Positions 9,678-20,975 of a stretch of 64,000 nt of DNA are shown here, in pieces. The notes under the pieces were generated by a model. It saw nothing but the letters and a program-made list of their open reading frames with translations. It searched no databases and was not told where the DNA came from. The position numbers and the translations under genes are program-made. Numbering within the stretch: the first letter of the stretch is position 1; each line of letters opens with the position of its first letter. This DNA comes from an uncultured virus (IMG/VR IMGVR_UViG_3300042484_001250) (taxonomy: Duplodnaviria; Heunggongvirae; Uroviricota; Caudoviricetes). The stretch spans positions 1 through 64,000 of IMG/VR virus record IMGVR_UViG_3300042484_001250, one strand, 5' to 3'.

Positions 9678-10177
9678 AAAAATTATTATTGATTTCAGCA
9701 TTATTACTATCAGTTTCATTATACGGACAAGAAAAGAATAACCATAAACTAATCTACGCAATTGGTGGAGTGAGTGGATTTACGACAAATTCTCAAAATC
9801 CCTCAATGATTTTTGGTGGATGGGTTGATTTTGGAAAAATAGGTATTGAGTTTAAACGTGGTATGACTTTGGGTGATGAAGATTTTACAAACCTTACCAA
9901 TACAAACACACATACAATTAGTAGCACTTTTAGAAATTTAGGTGTATTCGTTCCCCTATTTAATATATCACGTCATAGAGATGCAACCGTCTTTGTTTCT
10001 ATGGGTGGACAATTTGCCGATGATATTACCACAAAGGGAAATAAGAAATCTCATAATCCTTACGCTGGCTTTGGTATTGATTTTTCGTTTGGACCGGACA
10101 ATAGAGCAATCATCAGAACGGAATATCAGATTTCCAAAATATCAACGGTTGGCATGGGTGTTGGCTATAAATTTTAA
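9674..10177 (+). CDS. Small outer-membrane beta-barrel-like protein
   Basis: Signal peptide, amphipathic Gly/aromatic strands, C-terminal GVGYKF (BAM-type terminal Phe). Confidence 0.65.
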   Translation: MKKLLLISALLLSVSLYGQEKNNHKLIYAIGGVSGFTTNSQNPSMIFGGWVDFGKIGIEFKRGMTLGDEDFTNLTNTNTHTISSTFRNLGVFVPLFNISRHRDATVFVSMGGQFADDITTKGNKKSHNPYAGFGIDFSFGPDNRAIIRTEYQISKISTVGMGVGYKF

Positions 10178-10241
10178 TAAATATTTTACAAATCATTTGG
10201 AAATATCAAATTTTTTACATATCTTTACTATGTAATAAAAG

Positions 10242-10616
10242 ATGATATATATGGAAAATTTAATTGGTCAAATGGTTCACGTGGTAGTTTCCAAAGGTGG
10301 TAAATCTGCTACTAAATTCCTTAAAGTTTGTAAGGTGAAAGCCCGCTCAGTTCTATTTATTGAAGTAGATAAGGAAAATCGTAAAAACATTTTCCGTAAG
10401 GTTAAGACAAATGATATCACACCTATTGGATTGATTGGAGAATCTCCTGCGTTTTCTATTAAAGATGGTGTGTTGCCTGATAAGTGGGAATCTGAATGGG
10501 ATACTATTGGTAATTTCTCCCGAATGGCAGCAGGTTCATTTGCTTACACACCCCGTCCTAATTATAGTAATCACTCAAAGGGTTGGGCATCAAACTCAGC
10601 ACACTTTAGAACATAA
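10242..10616 (+). CDS. Hypothetical protein
   Basis: 124 aa after a TTG-N20-TATCTTTA promoter. Confidence 0.7.
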   Translation: MIYMENLIGQMVHVVVSKGGKSATKFLKVCKVKARSVLFIEVDKENRKNIFRKVKTNDITPIGLIGESPAFSIKDGVLPDKWESEWDTIGNFSRMAAGSFAYTPRPNYSNHSKGWASNSAHFRT

Positions 10617-10737
10617 TATGATGGAAAGGATAAAACAATTGTTATACGATTTTTCGATGAGTTGTGTGATAATTATATTCGCTGTTATAGCGTTCATCGA
10701 ATATTTAATTACTGAAACATTTAAAAAAAAATAAGAT

Positions 10738-11019
10738 ATGAATTTAAGAGGTAGAGGTTTTGCATTGGCATTACACGGAGCAACTGCTGGTTTAGCGGCA
10801 TTCTCACTTGTTACAAACTTAATAGCAGGAAACTATGATATTAGTTGGCAGGCGAACACAATAATTTTTGTTTGCTTATCAGCAACACATATGTTAGAAG
10901 TAGTTGGTTACGAAAATGCAATTGAAACAGCAAACGCCAAAGCAGTAAAAATGTTGGAGAATGCTATGCAAGAAAAAAAGGAATTTGATAAAAAACATTC
11001 AACTAAAACTCAAAAGTAA
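10738..11019 (+). CDS. Membrane protein
   Basis: Two hydrophobic segments, charged tail. Confidence 0.6.
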   Translation: MNLRGRGFALALHGATAGLAAFSLVTNLIAGNYDISWQANTIIFVCLSATHMLEVVGYENAIETANAKAVKMLENAMQEKKEFDKKHSTKTQK

Positions 11020-11214
11020 TATGGAAGGTAAATTAAACGTTAAGTACAGCGATTTTCAAACACAGTTATCATTTAATGAGTGGGCACAATACATTCAGGC
11101 ATCTACCTTATGGGATGAGGCAACCAATGAACGTAATAGACAATTCATTGAGCAGTACCGAAACTTTAAGTTCGCTGAGGCATTCCCCGCAAAAGAACTG
11201 TCTCTACAACCTGT

Positions 11215-11553
11215 ATGTTAAAATTTATAGTTATTTTCGTAGCTTACATAGTTACACTATACTTACTTATTGGGTATGATAAAATACTCAATAGGTATGG
11301 TATGTTTCTTAAAAAAGAATATTGGACAGATTACAATACCATTGAGTTTTGTAGTTGGATAGCAAAGGCAATTATCATTGTACCTGGATTACTATTTGGT
11401 ATTGAGTTGTGGTATATGCATTTCTTAACTCTCGCCACATCATCTGCACTCATTTGGGCAAGTATGAGAAAGAGTTTACCAACACTAATACTATTCAATA
11501 CGATATGGATTTGTATCTCTCTAACTATTATAATCAGAAATTTGTTTCCATAA
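11215..11553 (+). CDS. Multi-pass membrane protein
   Basis: About four hydrophobic helices in 112 aa. Confidence 0.7.
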   Translation: MLKFIVIFVAYIVTLYLLIGYDKILNRYGMFLKKEYWTDYNTIEFCSWIAKAIIIVPGLLFGIELWYMHFLTLATSSALIWASMRKSLPTLILFNTIWICISLTIIIRNLFP

Positions 11554-11809
11554 ATTTGGAAATATGAAATAATTGTTGTATCTTTACACAAATAAAACTA
11601 TGGTTTTTGTACTAATATTATCCGGCGTATTACTATTTATCACATTCATCTATTTGCTAGTTGCCCATTATATATTGGCAATAGAAATAGGAGAAACTAT
11701 AAAAAATATACCACCTGATGTTAAATTGGTAGATATCACAACACTCAAATTTCCAGAAGAAATGGAATATGATGATGAGTATCACAAACCAAATTATAAA
11801 AAATAAGTT

Positions 11810-12757
11810 ATGATTAACGATTACTCTATACTTTACAATGGAATGACGGATGGTAAAACTAAATTTCACTATTCCTTAAATGCCAACGAACCAAAGGAAG
11901 TTATTGCAACAGTGTACAATCAGTTTCTAAAATTGGTTGAGTACAAATACACAATGACATTAGCACCCAATGTTGGTTATTGGACATACGTTCCATCAAA
12001 TTCAAATAATAGGTATGTAGAGTTTAGAGATGCTGAAACATATGATGTAGTTGGTATGTTTGGTTTGGATGGGGAGATTGATTACAATACTATTCCACAA
12101 ACCGATTACATACAATCATTAGTATCTGGTTTGGATACAAATGGTAAGAAGGATTTGCAGTACATATTAAATGAAATATTCTACGAAAACATATACAATA
12201 ACGATTTTGTGTGTGTTGAGAAGGGAGATGTAGTAGTTGATATTGGATTTAATTGTGGTTTATTTGCTATCGATGCATTAAAATATGAACCAAATGTTGT
12301 GTATGGATATGAACCTAATAAGAAATTAGTAGATGATTTTAATAGATGGGATATTGAAAATGTTATAGTAAACAATTCCGCAGTTTCAAATGAGAACGGA
12401 ACTGCACCATTTTATGAGAATAAGTTTGCTGGTAAATCATCTATGTATTCGGATGTAAATTCCGATACAACATTAAGAACCTACGATGTTTCAGTATTGG
12501 AATTCAATGAACTATTCCAAAATATTACTATTGATTATCTTAAAGTAGATTGTGAAGGTGGTGAGTATGCTATCTTTGAATCTATGAGTAATGAATATCT
12601 ATCTAACAACATTCGTAAGATAGCATTGGAGTTTCATCACAACATAAACGATGAAAAAGTAAAAAATTTAATACTTAAAATAGAGGGATGTGGTTTCCAA
12701 ACAAAACTATTATACAAAGATGGGGACACTACCGGTATGTTATACGCAAAAAAATAA
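11810..12757 (+). CDS. FkbM-family methyltransferase
   Basis: VVVDIGFNCG, YEPN, IDYLKVDCEGGEY, EFH. Confidence 0.9.
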   Translation: MINDYSILYNGMTDGKTKFHYSLNANEPKEVIATVYNQFLKLVEYKYTMTLAPNVGYWTYVPSNSNNRYVEFRDAETYDVVGMFGLDGEIDYNTIPQTDYIQSLVSGLDTNGKKDLQYILNEIFYENIYNNDFVCVEKGDVVVDIGFNCGLFAIDALKYEPNVVYGYEPNKKLVDDFNRWDIENVIVNNSAVSNENGTAPFYENKFAGKSSMYSDVNSDTTLRTYDVSVLEFNELFQNITIDYLKVDCEGGEYAIFESMSNEYLSNNIRKIALEFHHNINDEKVKNLILKIEGCGFQTKLLYKDGDTTGMLYAKK

Positions 12758-12761
12758 AATT

Positions 12762-13397
12762 ATGAAAAAACTATTAACCACTATGTTGGTGTTACTTTCA
12801 GTAGTAGCATTAGCACAAACACCAAAAGCACTACGTGTTAAAACTTACAAAGATGGAAAAGTTATAAATACAAAATTGTACAATATAATTCAACCAATAA
12901 ATGTAACTCAAATAAAATATGTGCCAAAACGGATTACAAAAACCAAAATTGTAAGAGTACCAGTTGTTAAAATAGAATACAAATTGGTTGAAGTTCCAAC
13001 AAAACCAACGGCTTTGGATACGGTATCAATTCTACAAGCATATTATCCAAAGAATGCATTTAAAGATGTATTAGTATTACCTGAAAAGCAGGGTAAAGTA
13101 ACTATCACCGATACTATTTCACACAATCGTTTGGCAAGTAGAAGTTGGGTAGCGGATATTACACCAAGAGTAGTTAAAGAGGTAGTAGAAGTACCAGCAC
13201 CTAAAATTAGAGAATACTATTTAGGGCCGGAGTTCAGTACTAATTTTCGTTCAATCAACAATTGGTATAGTTTGAACCTATTAGTTAAGAACAAATCAAA
13301 CCACATAATCAAAATTGGTGGTGGGGTAAATATGAGAGATGGTATAGCTGGTCCTCGTCCGTGGATGGCAGCTGGATTCTTTTTTAAGATTAAGTAA
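12762..13397 (+). CDS. Secreted/envelope protein
   Basis: MKKLL signal peptide at ATG 12762; C-terminal amphipathic beta strands. Confidence 0.65.
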   Translation: MKKLLTTMLVLLSVVALAQTPKALRVKTYKDGKVINTKLYNIIQPINVTQIKYVPKRITKTKIVRVPVVKIEYKLVEVPTKPTALDTVSILQAYYPKNAFKDVLVLPEKQGKVTITDTISHNRLASRSWVADITPRVVKEVVEVPAPKIREYYLGPEFSTNFRSINNWYSLNLLVKNKSNHIIKIGGGVNMRDGIAGPRPWMAAGFFFKIK

Positions 13398-13417
13398 AAC
13401 AATTAAATAAGTTATAT

Positions 13418-13627
13418 ATGAAGTGTATCAAAAGTAAAGACGGAGAAATCCGTAGAGTATCGGATATCGATGCCGATGTGAAAGTGTTAATACATGGATG
13501 GGTATTCGTCCCAAAATCAGAATGGAAAGCTCTTCGTAAACCAGTACAAAAGCAGGAAGTAACTGCGGGTGGAGAAGAGCTGTCTATTGAGGAAAAAAGA
13601 TTAAAACGTAAAAAACAAAGTAAATAA
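13418..13627 (+). CDS. Small basic hypothetical protein
   Basis: 69 aa; GWVFVPKSEWK. Confidence 0.7.
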   Translation: MKCIKSKDGEIRRVSDIDADVKVLIHGWVFVPKSEWKALRKPVQKQEVTAGGEELSIEEKRLKRKKQSK

Positions 13628-13629
13628 TT

Positions 13630-13941
13630 ATGGCAGAGGAGAACTTTCAATTGGCTAAACCTTTAGGGGATAGAGTGTTAATTGAATTAAAAGTAGAAGA
13701 AAAAACAGCAAGTGGTATTATTCTAACCGATTCAGCTCAAACGTTGGATGGTAAGATTGGTACGGTAGTTGCGGTAGGTAACGGAGTTTACACAAACAAC
13801 GGAGCAAAAATCCCTATGGAAGTTAAGGTAGGTGATAAGGTTATGATGCCACAAGGTGGTATGAGTGCACAAAAGGTAAAGTTAGGAGATAACGAATACT
13901 ATTTGTGTAGAGAGATGGATTTATTAATGGTAATACGATGA
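13630..13941 (+). CDS. groES: Co-chaperonin GroES
   Basis: KPLGDRVLI, EEKTASGIIL mobile loop, GTVVAVG, EVKVGDKV. Confidence 0.95.
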   Translation: MAEENFQLAKPLGDRVLIELKVEEKTASGIILTDSAQTLDGKIGTVVAVGNGVYTNNGAKIPMEVKVGDKVMMPQGGMSAQKVKLGDNEYYLCREMDLLMVIR

Positions 13942-14519
13942 CAGAAGAGCATAGAGTAGAACTTATTGAGTTATATCCAGAAATGTTCAGTTGGAGTTAT
14001 AGAGCTGAAGAGAAAACTGGATATGAACAATTCTACAATAAGTGTTTGAGTTGGATACATAAAAGGTTTAAATTCACTCGTAAGATTAACTACATTAAGC
14101 AGGTCAATCCATACAATTTTGGATTCGGAGTTGGTGATGGTTGGTATGGTATTCTTAAAGAACTAATCATTGGTATTAAAGCTGGTGATAGTAAGGAAAA
14201 GAATAATTGGATTACAAAGGTAACACAATGTAAAGAAAAGTTTGGAGGATTACGATTCTATGTTACAGGCACATCTAAAAAGAATTGGGAGTTAATCCGT
14301 AAAGCAGAAGATAAATCAATGGTAGTTTGTGAAGAAACCGGCTCCGAAGTTGAGGTTGGTACTTGGAACGATGGGTGGGTTAAAACTATTTGTAGAAAGA
14401 AAGCATTTGAAATGTTTGCATTAGGAAACTACAAAACCAAAACATTTGAGCAATTGTGGACACCAAAGGAGAAAGCAGTAACAATTACAACCAAAAAGAA
14501 AAATGGACAGAAGAGCTAA
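13938..14519 (+). CDS. Conserved phage hypothetical protein
   Basis: GDGWY ... QCKEKFGGLRFY ... CEETG pattern. Confidence 0.75.
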   Translation: MTEEHRVELIELYPEMFSWSYRAEEKTGYEQFYNKCLSWIHKRFKFTRKINYIKQVNPYNFGFGVGDGWYGILKELIIGIKAGDSKEKNNWITKVTQCKEKFGGLRFYVTGTSKKNWELIRKAEDKSMVVCEETGSEVEVGTWNDGWVKTICRKKAFEMFALGNYKTKTFEQLWTPKEKAVTITTKKKNGQKS

Positions 14520-14760
14520 GATTCACGAAATAAACCCTGATGCGGTATTGTGGGATGGGTTAGATGAATGTATTATTGGTATCACTCAAGACAATGTAGC
14601 AGTTTATGATATTCACAAAATGGAGTTGGAAATTATGAAGTTGCAAGATTGTACATTTGAGGAAGCAGTTGAGTGGGTAGATTTTAATATCCTAACTGCG
14701 TATGTAGGAGATGGAACACCAGAACACATTTGGATGATGCCTGAAGATGAAAGAGAATAA
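14503..14760 (+). CDS. Conserved phage hypothetical protein
   Basis: DGLDECIIG, AVYD, EEAVEWVDFNI, YVGDGTP. Confidence 0.75.
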   Translation: MDRRAKIHEINPDAVLWDGLDECIIGITQDNVAVYDIHKMELEIMKLQDCTFEEAVEWVDFNILTAYVGDGTPEHIWMMPEDERE

Positions 14761-15308
14761 CGAAGAGCAAGTTGGTGGATGTTTGTTAGGATTGATGTTT
14801 ATGTCATCCTTTGTATTAGCTATCATTAAGTTGGAATGGTATTTGGATTTCAGTTGGTGGTGGGTGATTGTACCAATTATTGTTCCTGCTCTTGCAATGG
14901 TAATAGCAGTTTTATATGTTGAAGCGGAAATATTTCTGTCTGATATGGCTAAAAAACAAGTTGAAAAAGAAGAAAAACTAAAAAAACAAAAATGAAAAAG
15001 TTTAAATTTACTTTATTATCCGTAGTATTACTAACACTATTCGTGTCATTTCAAACTATGGCAAGGGAGAAGTATCGTATCAAAGTACAAAAAATTGAGG
15101 GTGTTGTAAAGTATATGCCACAAACAAAACGATATATTCGTGATTTTATGGTTAAACATTGGGTGGATATTTCAAATCAACCATTAGGTACACAAACTGA
15201 AGCAGAGAGGTTTATTATTAAGGAAAAGGAAGCTGAGAAAATGCTCGTTCGAAATAATAAATCTACATATATTTATATAAAATAATATATGCTAAACTAA
15301 ACACCACC

Positions 15309-15620
15309 ATGCTTCTCGAACGTAATGATAATCGCCAAAATTTCAAATTAGAAATTACTAAATTCTTTATGGATTGGGACTTTGCCAAAGGTCCTATGTA
15401 TCCATTCCACAAAAAAGATATGATTGATATCATAGCAGGAATAAAACAAAAGATTAAAGAATTTACACCACACTTGCAATACGTTGATTATCATACATTT
15501 GGAGAAACTATTATCTTTGGATTTAGTTGGGAAGGTGAGGGTGTTTCGGTTGAGGTTAATATCAATCCAGTTAGTGAAGAGAATAAAGATAAATTTAGAG
15601 CCCTATTTAGATGGAGATAG
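15309..15620 (+). CDS. Hypothetical protein
   Basis: 103-aa ORF. Confidence 0.6.
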   Translation: MLLERNDNRQNFKLEITKFFMDWDFAKGPMYPFHKKDMIDIIAGIKQKIKEFTPHLQYVDYHTFGETIIFGFSWEGEGVSVEVNINPVSEENKDKFRALFRWR

Positions 15621-16078
15621 TTAAGAAACTTATTCATTACTTATACATTACAGCTATAACATTAGTAGCTATTGGGGTAGTTGTATTTTGGCTATTTGCA
15701 TAATGAAATGCGATATACACATATGGAATACTACTGAAGATAGTTCTACCTGCTGGAAATGTAATGAGTTGAAGTACAAATATAGATTAAAAGAAAAACC
15801 AAAGAAAAAAAGTAAGAAAATCCAATAGACATTTGTTTTATTGGATTTTTTTTCGTATATTTGTATATGTTATCAATCAAAAAATATATAACCGAAGGTA
15901 TTACTATCAACCAAACTAAGGATGGTTACAGAGTATTCACCACACCAACCCAACACTTTAATATCAAAGAGTTGGATGAATTAACTGCCGAACGATTTGA
16001 GTTAGAGATTGCAAATCAAAAGAAAAGTGAAGAGTTTCAAACACAATTATTTGGAGAGTACTTTAAGGATTTATTCTA

Positions 16079-16342
16079 ATGACAAGCAAACAATACAAAG
16101 AAAGACACAAAGATTATTTGACAGTAGGGCAGTTGAAAAAACAATTGGCGGATTACCCAGATGATGCATTAGTAGTTGCGCAACGCGTAGAGGATATGTA
16201 TTATGATGTGCTCAATGGATGGGAAACTTTAAAGAAACCAAACAACGTATATCCAGAATTCAATAGCGAGTACACCGCAGTTTGGAGTCCTGTATCATAT
16301 GGGGATGATAAAGAATGTTTTTATTTGGATTTGCACTATTAA
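16079..16342 (+). CDS. Hypothetical protein
   Basis: 87 aa, TAATG-coupled to the upstream ORF. Confidence 0.65.
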   Translation: MTSKQYKERHKDYLTVGQLKKQLADYPDDALVVAQRVEDMYYDVLNGWETLKKPNNVYPEFNSEYTAVWSPVSYGDDKECFYLDLHY

Positions 16343-17064
16343 ACTATACAATAATGAGTTTATACAAAAATTACACAACAAAACTGACATTTGAGCAGTA
16401 TGATACGAAGGTTACATTAGAGAAACCAAATTCAGATACCACAATGGATGAGGTGTTGGAACTATTCAAAGGTGCAGCATTGGCAATGGGATATACTGAA
16501 AGGATGTGGAATCGTGCAGTATTTAATTATTGTGAAGAAAACACCGATAGTGATACAACGAATGGAATCACCGAAGAGATGTTAGATGAGGCATTCGCAC
16601 AACACAACGCACACGAAGAAGGGTTTGATATTGATTTTGATAACAAATATAAATCAGAAGAATAATGGAGTTCAAATTAACAGAAGTAGAGGAAGCTAGA
16701 GTAAAGGAGTTTGAATCGGCCTTAATACAAATTTATGGTGAGACGGGTACGATTAAGTACATATTTACACCTGCATCTGGATTAGGTTATGGGATTGAAA
16801 TACATTCCGAAAAAGCAAACATTACAAAAGATATAACGGATTACGAAAGCTGGTAAGATATGGAGGTAATTTTATTATTAATTATTGGGATATTTTTGAT
16901 ATACCGAATGATGAGAGTTGAGGAACGGATGAACAAATTGGAGCACGATATGTTGAGAGATAAGCAAGATGCTTTGTGGACTGAAGAGTTGGAAAGGCAA
17001 TATTGGGCAGAGCAACCACCAGAACCATTTGCAACACCTGAAGAGGTGGAGAAATATAATATCG

Positions 17065-17520
17065 ATGGTAAGAAATAGTACAAAAATATTGGCTACAATA
17101 GCAACACTACTAATTTGGTTAATGTGCTATTGTTGCAGTGCTCAAACGCCAGATACTACATTAAATAAGTTCATTTGGCATTGGGTGGGTAAACCATACC
17201 GATTGGGTGGGCAAACTGAAAGGGGTATTGATTGTAGTAATTTCAACGCAAGATTATATAAGGAAATATTCCAAACCAATATCCCAAACGTATGTATCAA
17301 ACAATGGAATGCAACGGAAAGAGTAAAGAGGGATAGTTTAAGAGTAGGAGATTTACTATTCTTTACGAGCAGAGAATCCCCATCAGGTTGGCATTGTGGG
17401 ACATACATAGGTAATAATCTATTTGTTCACGCAGCAAATAGGGCAGAAGGAGTTAAAATTAGTACATTAGAAGAACCAAAATATAAAAGACGGTATAAAG
17501 GAGCCGGACGAAGAAGATGA
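17065..17520 (+). CDS. NlpC/P60 (C40) cell-wall peptidase with signal/lipoprotein leader
   Basis: GKPYRLGG, GIDCS (catalytic Cys), GDLLFF, HCGTYIG (His), FVHA. Confidence 0.92.
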   Translation: MVRNSTKILATIATLLIWLMCYCCSAQTPDTTLNKFIWHWVGKPYRLGGQTERGIDCSNFNARLYKEIFQTNIPNVCIKQWNATERVKRDSLRVGDLLFFTSRESPSGWHCGTYIGNNLFVHAANRAEGVKISTLEEPKYKRRYKGAGRRR

Positions 17521-18497
17521 AAGTAAACTACGCAGTTGTATTCGCCGATGTGGTGGATGGTAATGAAATGAAAATCAAACACATTTGTGTGTATGAAAAC
17601 GAACCAGACCAATCCGATATCGATTTGTTAGCATCGGAGTTAGCAGTTGAGGAAGAGTTTGGTATGGTAGGGGATACTGATTACAAAATATATAAGTTTG
17701 ATAGGAGTATCGAAGAACACAATGAATTTATGAGTGTTGAATTAGAACTACCAGAAGAAATTGATGGTACTGAAGGATTATGATTAGAACGAAGGAAGTT
17801 ACAAGAGCACAAAAGGAATTCATACCAAAATTGTATGCGTGGTTAGTTGCAGGTTACGATAACTACGAGATGTTCGATGGTATGAATAGAGATGTTGCCT
17901 ACTATAAAGCAATGGTAGAAAAGATAAGTATAATTGGAGAATATACGCAAGATGAGGCAGATGAACTTACTAAATTGACACAAATATATAAAAAAGAAAA
18001 GAAAATAGTATGAATCGAAACGTAGAAAATTGGTTAAGAGCAACGCTTATGGTAGGTGGTTTTATAGGTGGGATTGGTGGTGTGATATATACAATGTTTA
18101 AGTTGTATGCTATGTTTCCAAACGGATTTCGTTATGGTGCAACGATTAGTATTTTATTAACATTTGTATATGCTATCATTTATTTTATCAAAGAAGAGTT
18201 GGATGCGAAGGATGCATCGGACAAATATTGGGAAGATACATATCCATCGTATTCCAAAACCAAAAAGAAGAAGGAAACACACAAAGAGTTTATGGAGAGG
18301 TTGGATGATGCTTGGGAACGAGATTTTGGTAAAAAAGGATAATATGAACTTTGATGATATAATAACGGAGTTGGTTGCTTTAGAATATGAGGTAACTTTA
18401 GCCAATATGAATGGACATAAGGCAAGTGATGATGATGAATATGCCGGAAAACGAAAGAGAGTGGGGGAGTTGAGAGAACTATTAAACAAATTAGAGA

Positions 18498-18932
18498 ATG
18501 GAGCAGAAAGATAATAATTGGGATATGGCTACCACATTGGGAAGGTATCTGAATAGTGGAGGTTATGGTGTGGGGTATATTAAAGATGCTATAAACGAAG
18601 GACCGGCAATAACACCTTTATTGGGATTGGAGAACCCTGAAAAACTTACCAAATTTCAAAGAACTAATATGGTAGTATTCCACATACCAATGACTGATGA
18701 ATCTTTGGAATATTCTTGGAGAGCCGAAGATGTGTTAGGGCAGAAAGGAGTTCTGAAAATTGAAAGAGAGATGGAACACAATAAATTTACAAATACAAAG
18801 CAGGTTTTGTTCAGATGGAGTGGTGAGAATAACGGAAGCGATTGGGTAGATGTAGATAGAGTAAAAGACCCACAATTTGTATTGGATTACATAGAATCCT
18901 GCTTAAATGGAAAGCACTCATTACCTTTTTAA
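18498..18932 (+). CDS. Hypothetical protein
   Basis: 144-aa ORF in a purine-rich gene run. Confidence 0.65.
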   Translation: MEQKDNNWDMATTLGRYLNSGGYGVGYIKDAINEGPAITPLLGLENPEKLTKFQRTNMVVFHIPMTDESLEYSWRAEDVLGQKGVLKIEREMEHNKFTNTKQVLFRWSGENNGSDWVDVDRVKDPQFVLDYIESCLNGKHSLPF

Positions 18933-19426
18933 TATAAAATTATGACAGGAGCAGAAATAATAATGTTACTATTGATTGCCATAAATGGATTGGTAATCGC
19001 AGCGGAGTTGGTAAGTTGGACACGATATGTGAACGGACTGAACAAACGAAAGGAGGTAGATAAATACCTAAATTCGGAGCAATTCCAAATCGATAAGCAA
19101 ATGAGATTGGATGAAACCTATAAGATGATAGATAAGATTAAGGAGCAAAAGGATGCCCAATTACTATCTAAGAATCAAAAGGGAAAGAAAGAAAAGCCAA
19201 CACCAAAGGGCAGAAATATGATAGATAAGTTATGAAAAGATACCATTTAGAAGTAATTACGGGAAGTGATTTTGGTGTAGATTACGAAGTAGAGGCAGAT
19301 ACATATGATTATAGTGGAAGTGGGTGTTATACTTTCTATATTCGGCCTAATATAAATAGTTTGGAGGTTGTGGCATCCTATCCAATCAATAGAACAATTA
19401 TCAAACGAATCGAAGAGATATAAGAG

Positions 19427-19909
19427 ATGAGTTTAACGGGAGCGTGGGCAAAGTTGCAGATGCAAATGGAAATGGATAGGATACGAGCTAACTATGATAC
19501 CCAACAAAAAATTTTAGAGTTACACAAATCAATGTGGGACAGAGATGATAAAAAGAATTCAGATATGCTAACGATACAAAACATAAATAAGATAGTAGGA
19601 AGGACATTCCATATAGGAGGGAACATACTAACAATAGGAAGGATATTCGATGTGTATGAGTGGATAGATAATAGGTATGAGTTTATAGTAGAAATCAGTA
19701 CACCCGATGGTAAGATAAAACAATTCTCTTTAAACTTAAATAGAGAGAAAATACCTTATCCTATAGTCTTAAAAGATTGCTGGGAACTATCTTATGAAGA
19801 GAAACCAAACCAACTAAAAGTAGAAGCATTGGGTAAGGGAGATTTACGAAATATGGGAGAGGTTATACGGAGAATATGTAATTTAATGGAAAGGGTATTA
19901 AATCCGTAG
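19427..19909 (+). CDS. MLTIxN-family paralogue (internal start ATG 19565 possible)
   Basis: In-frame MLTIQNINKI at 19565, preceded by AGAT. Confidence 0.7.
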   Translation: MSLTGAWAKLQMQMEMDRIRANYDTQQKILELHKSMWDRDDKKNSDMLTIQNINKIVGRTFHIGGNILTIGRIFDVYEWIDNRYEFIVEISTPDGKIKQFSLNLNREKIPYPIVLKDCWELSYEEKPNQLKVEALGKGDLRNMGEVIRRICNLMERVLNP

Positions 19910-19911
19910 GC

Positions 19912-20265
19912 ATGAAATTAACGATAAAAAACATAGATAAGATATTTGGTAGACAGTTGTATTCGAAGTGGATACAAAATTCTTATGGTTGGGCAGTTCA
20001 AAGTGTTGAAGATATTGGGGATAAATACATATTCGAATTAGTAAGTAATGGTAGATTCACACATGCGGAGATACAATTGAAAAGAGAACCTGTCAAATAT
20101 AATCCCGATGATAGGGTATTTTTATATGAGTTATGGGCATGGAATTTGGAAGAGGATAAAGCAGAACAGATGTGGTTTTCAATGCAAGAATTGAATACCG
20201 TAGAGGGAATGGTAATGAGATTAGGATTGATGTTAGAAAAAGTTATACCCAAAAATATTGTATAG
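19912..20265 (+). CDS. MLTIxN-family paralogue
   Basis: Starts MKLTIKNIDKI. Confidence 0.75.
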   Translation: MKLTIKNIDKIFGRQLYSKWIQNSYGWAVQSVEDIGDKYIFELVSNGRFTHAEIQLKREPVKYNPDDRVFLYELWAWNLEEDKAEQMWFSMQELNTVEGMVMRLGLMLEKVIPKNIV

Positions 20266-20266
20266 T

Positions 20267-20617
20267 ATGGAAAAGATACACATCCAAAACCCAAACAAAC
20301 TGATTGATTTTGTAAGCAAGAGTTTAACAAGTTGGAAAATTCATTATGTAGGAGAGAACCCAACCGGAGGTATATATGAGTATGTACTAGCGGATAAAGA
20401 AAACCCTAACATAAAGATATTAGTACAAATCTATAAGGAGACACAACAAATGTATGACCCGAATGATTTTTTGAGGCATCAATATGTAAAAATCTATTGT
20501 AATAATGTAAACGTACCCCTTGCAAGAGGATGCACTAAATTTTTAAGAGTAGAAGAATTTAAGGATATGAGAAGGGTATTTAATCAAATCCATACTGGAG
20601 CTAGACAAGTATTATAA
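20267..20617 (+). CDS. IxNPNKLIDF-family paralogue
   Basis: Starts MEKIHIQNPNKLIDF. Confidence 0.75.
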   Translation: MEKIHIQNPNKLIDFVSKSLTSWKIHYVGENPTGGIYEYVLADKENPNIKILVQIYKETQQMYDPNDFLRHQYVKIYCNNVNVPLARGCTKFLRVEEFKDMRRVFNQIHTGARQVL

Positions 20618-20621
20618 TAAT

Positions 20622-20975
20622 ATGAAAAAGATTAAGATAGAAAACCCAAACAAACTGATTGATTTTGCTGAAAGCAGTACCATATGGACTATCAAATATA
20701 GGAGAGAATGCGATGAGGCATATACATTTGGATTGCAGTTTGACCCTAATATAGTGTGGGATGGATACCAAATCCATATCCTAAAGAAAACGAAAGTGAT
20801 AGAGGATATGTATGATGATAGTAAATCACACTACTATGTGGATATGGTATGTGAAGCGATGACTGGAATGAGAAAGCAAATCACTAACACAATACCATTA
20901 GATGATGCGATGAGAGTGGGGAAGGTATTGGCACATATGCTGGATGGAGTGGCAGAAATGGAAGGAAGATTATAA
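20622..20975 (+). CDS. IxNPNKLIDF-family paralogue
   Basis: Starts MKKIKIENPNKLIDF; shares a 27-bp identical segment with the previous gene. Confidence 0.75.
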   Translation: MKKIKIENPNKLIDFAESSTIWTIKYRRECDEAYTFGLQFDPNIVWDGYQIHILKKTKVIEDMYDDSKSHYYVDMVCEAMTGMRKQITNTIPLDDAMRVGKVLAHMLDGVAEMEGRL

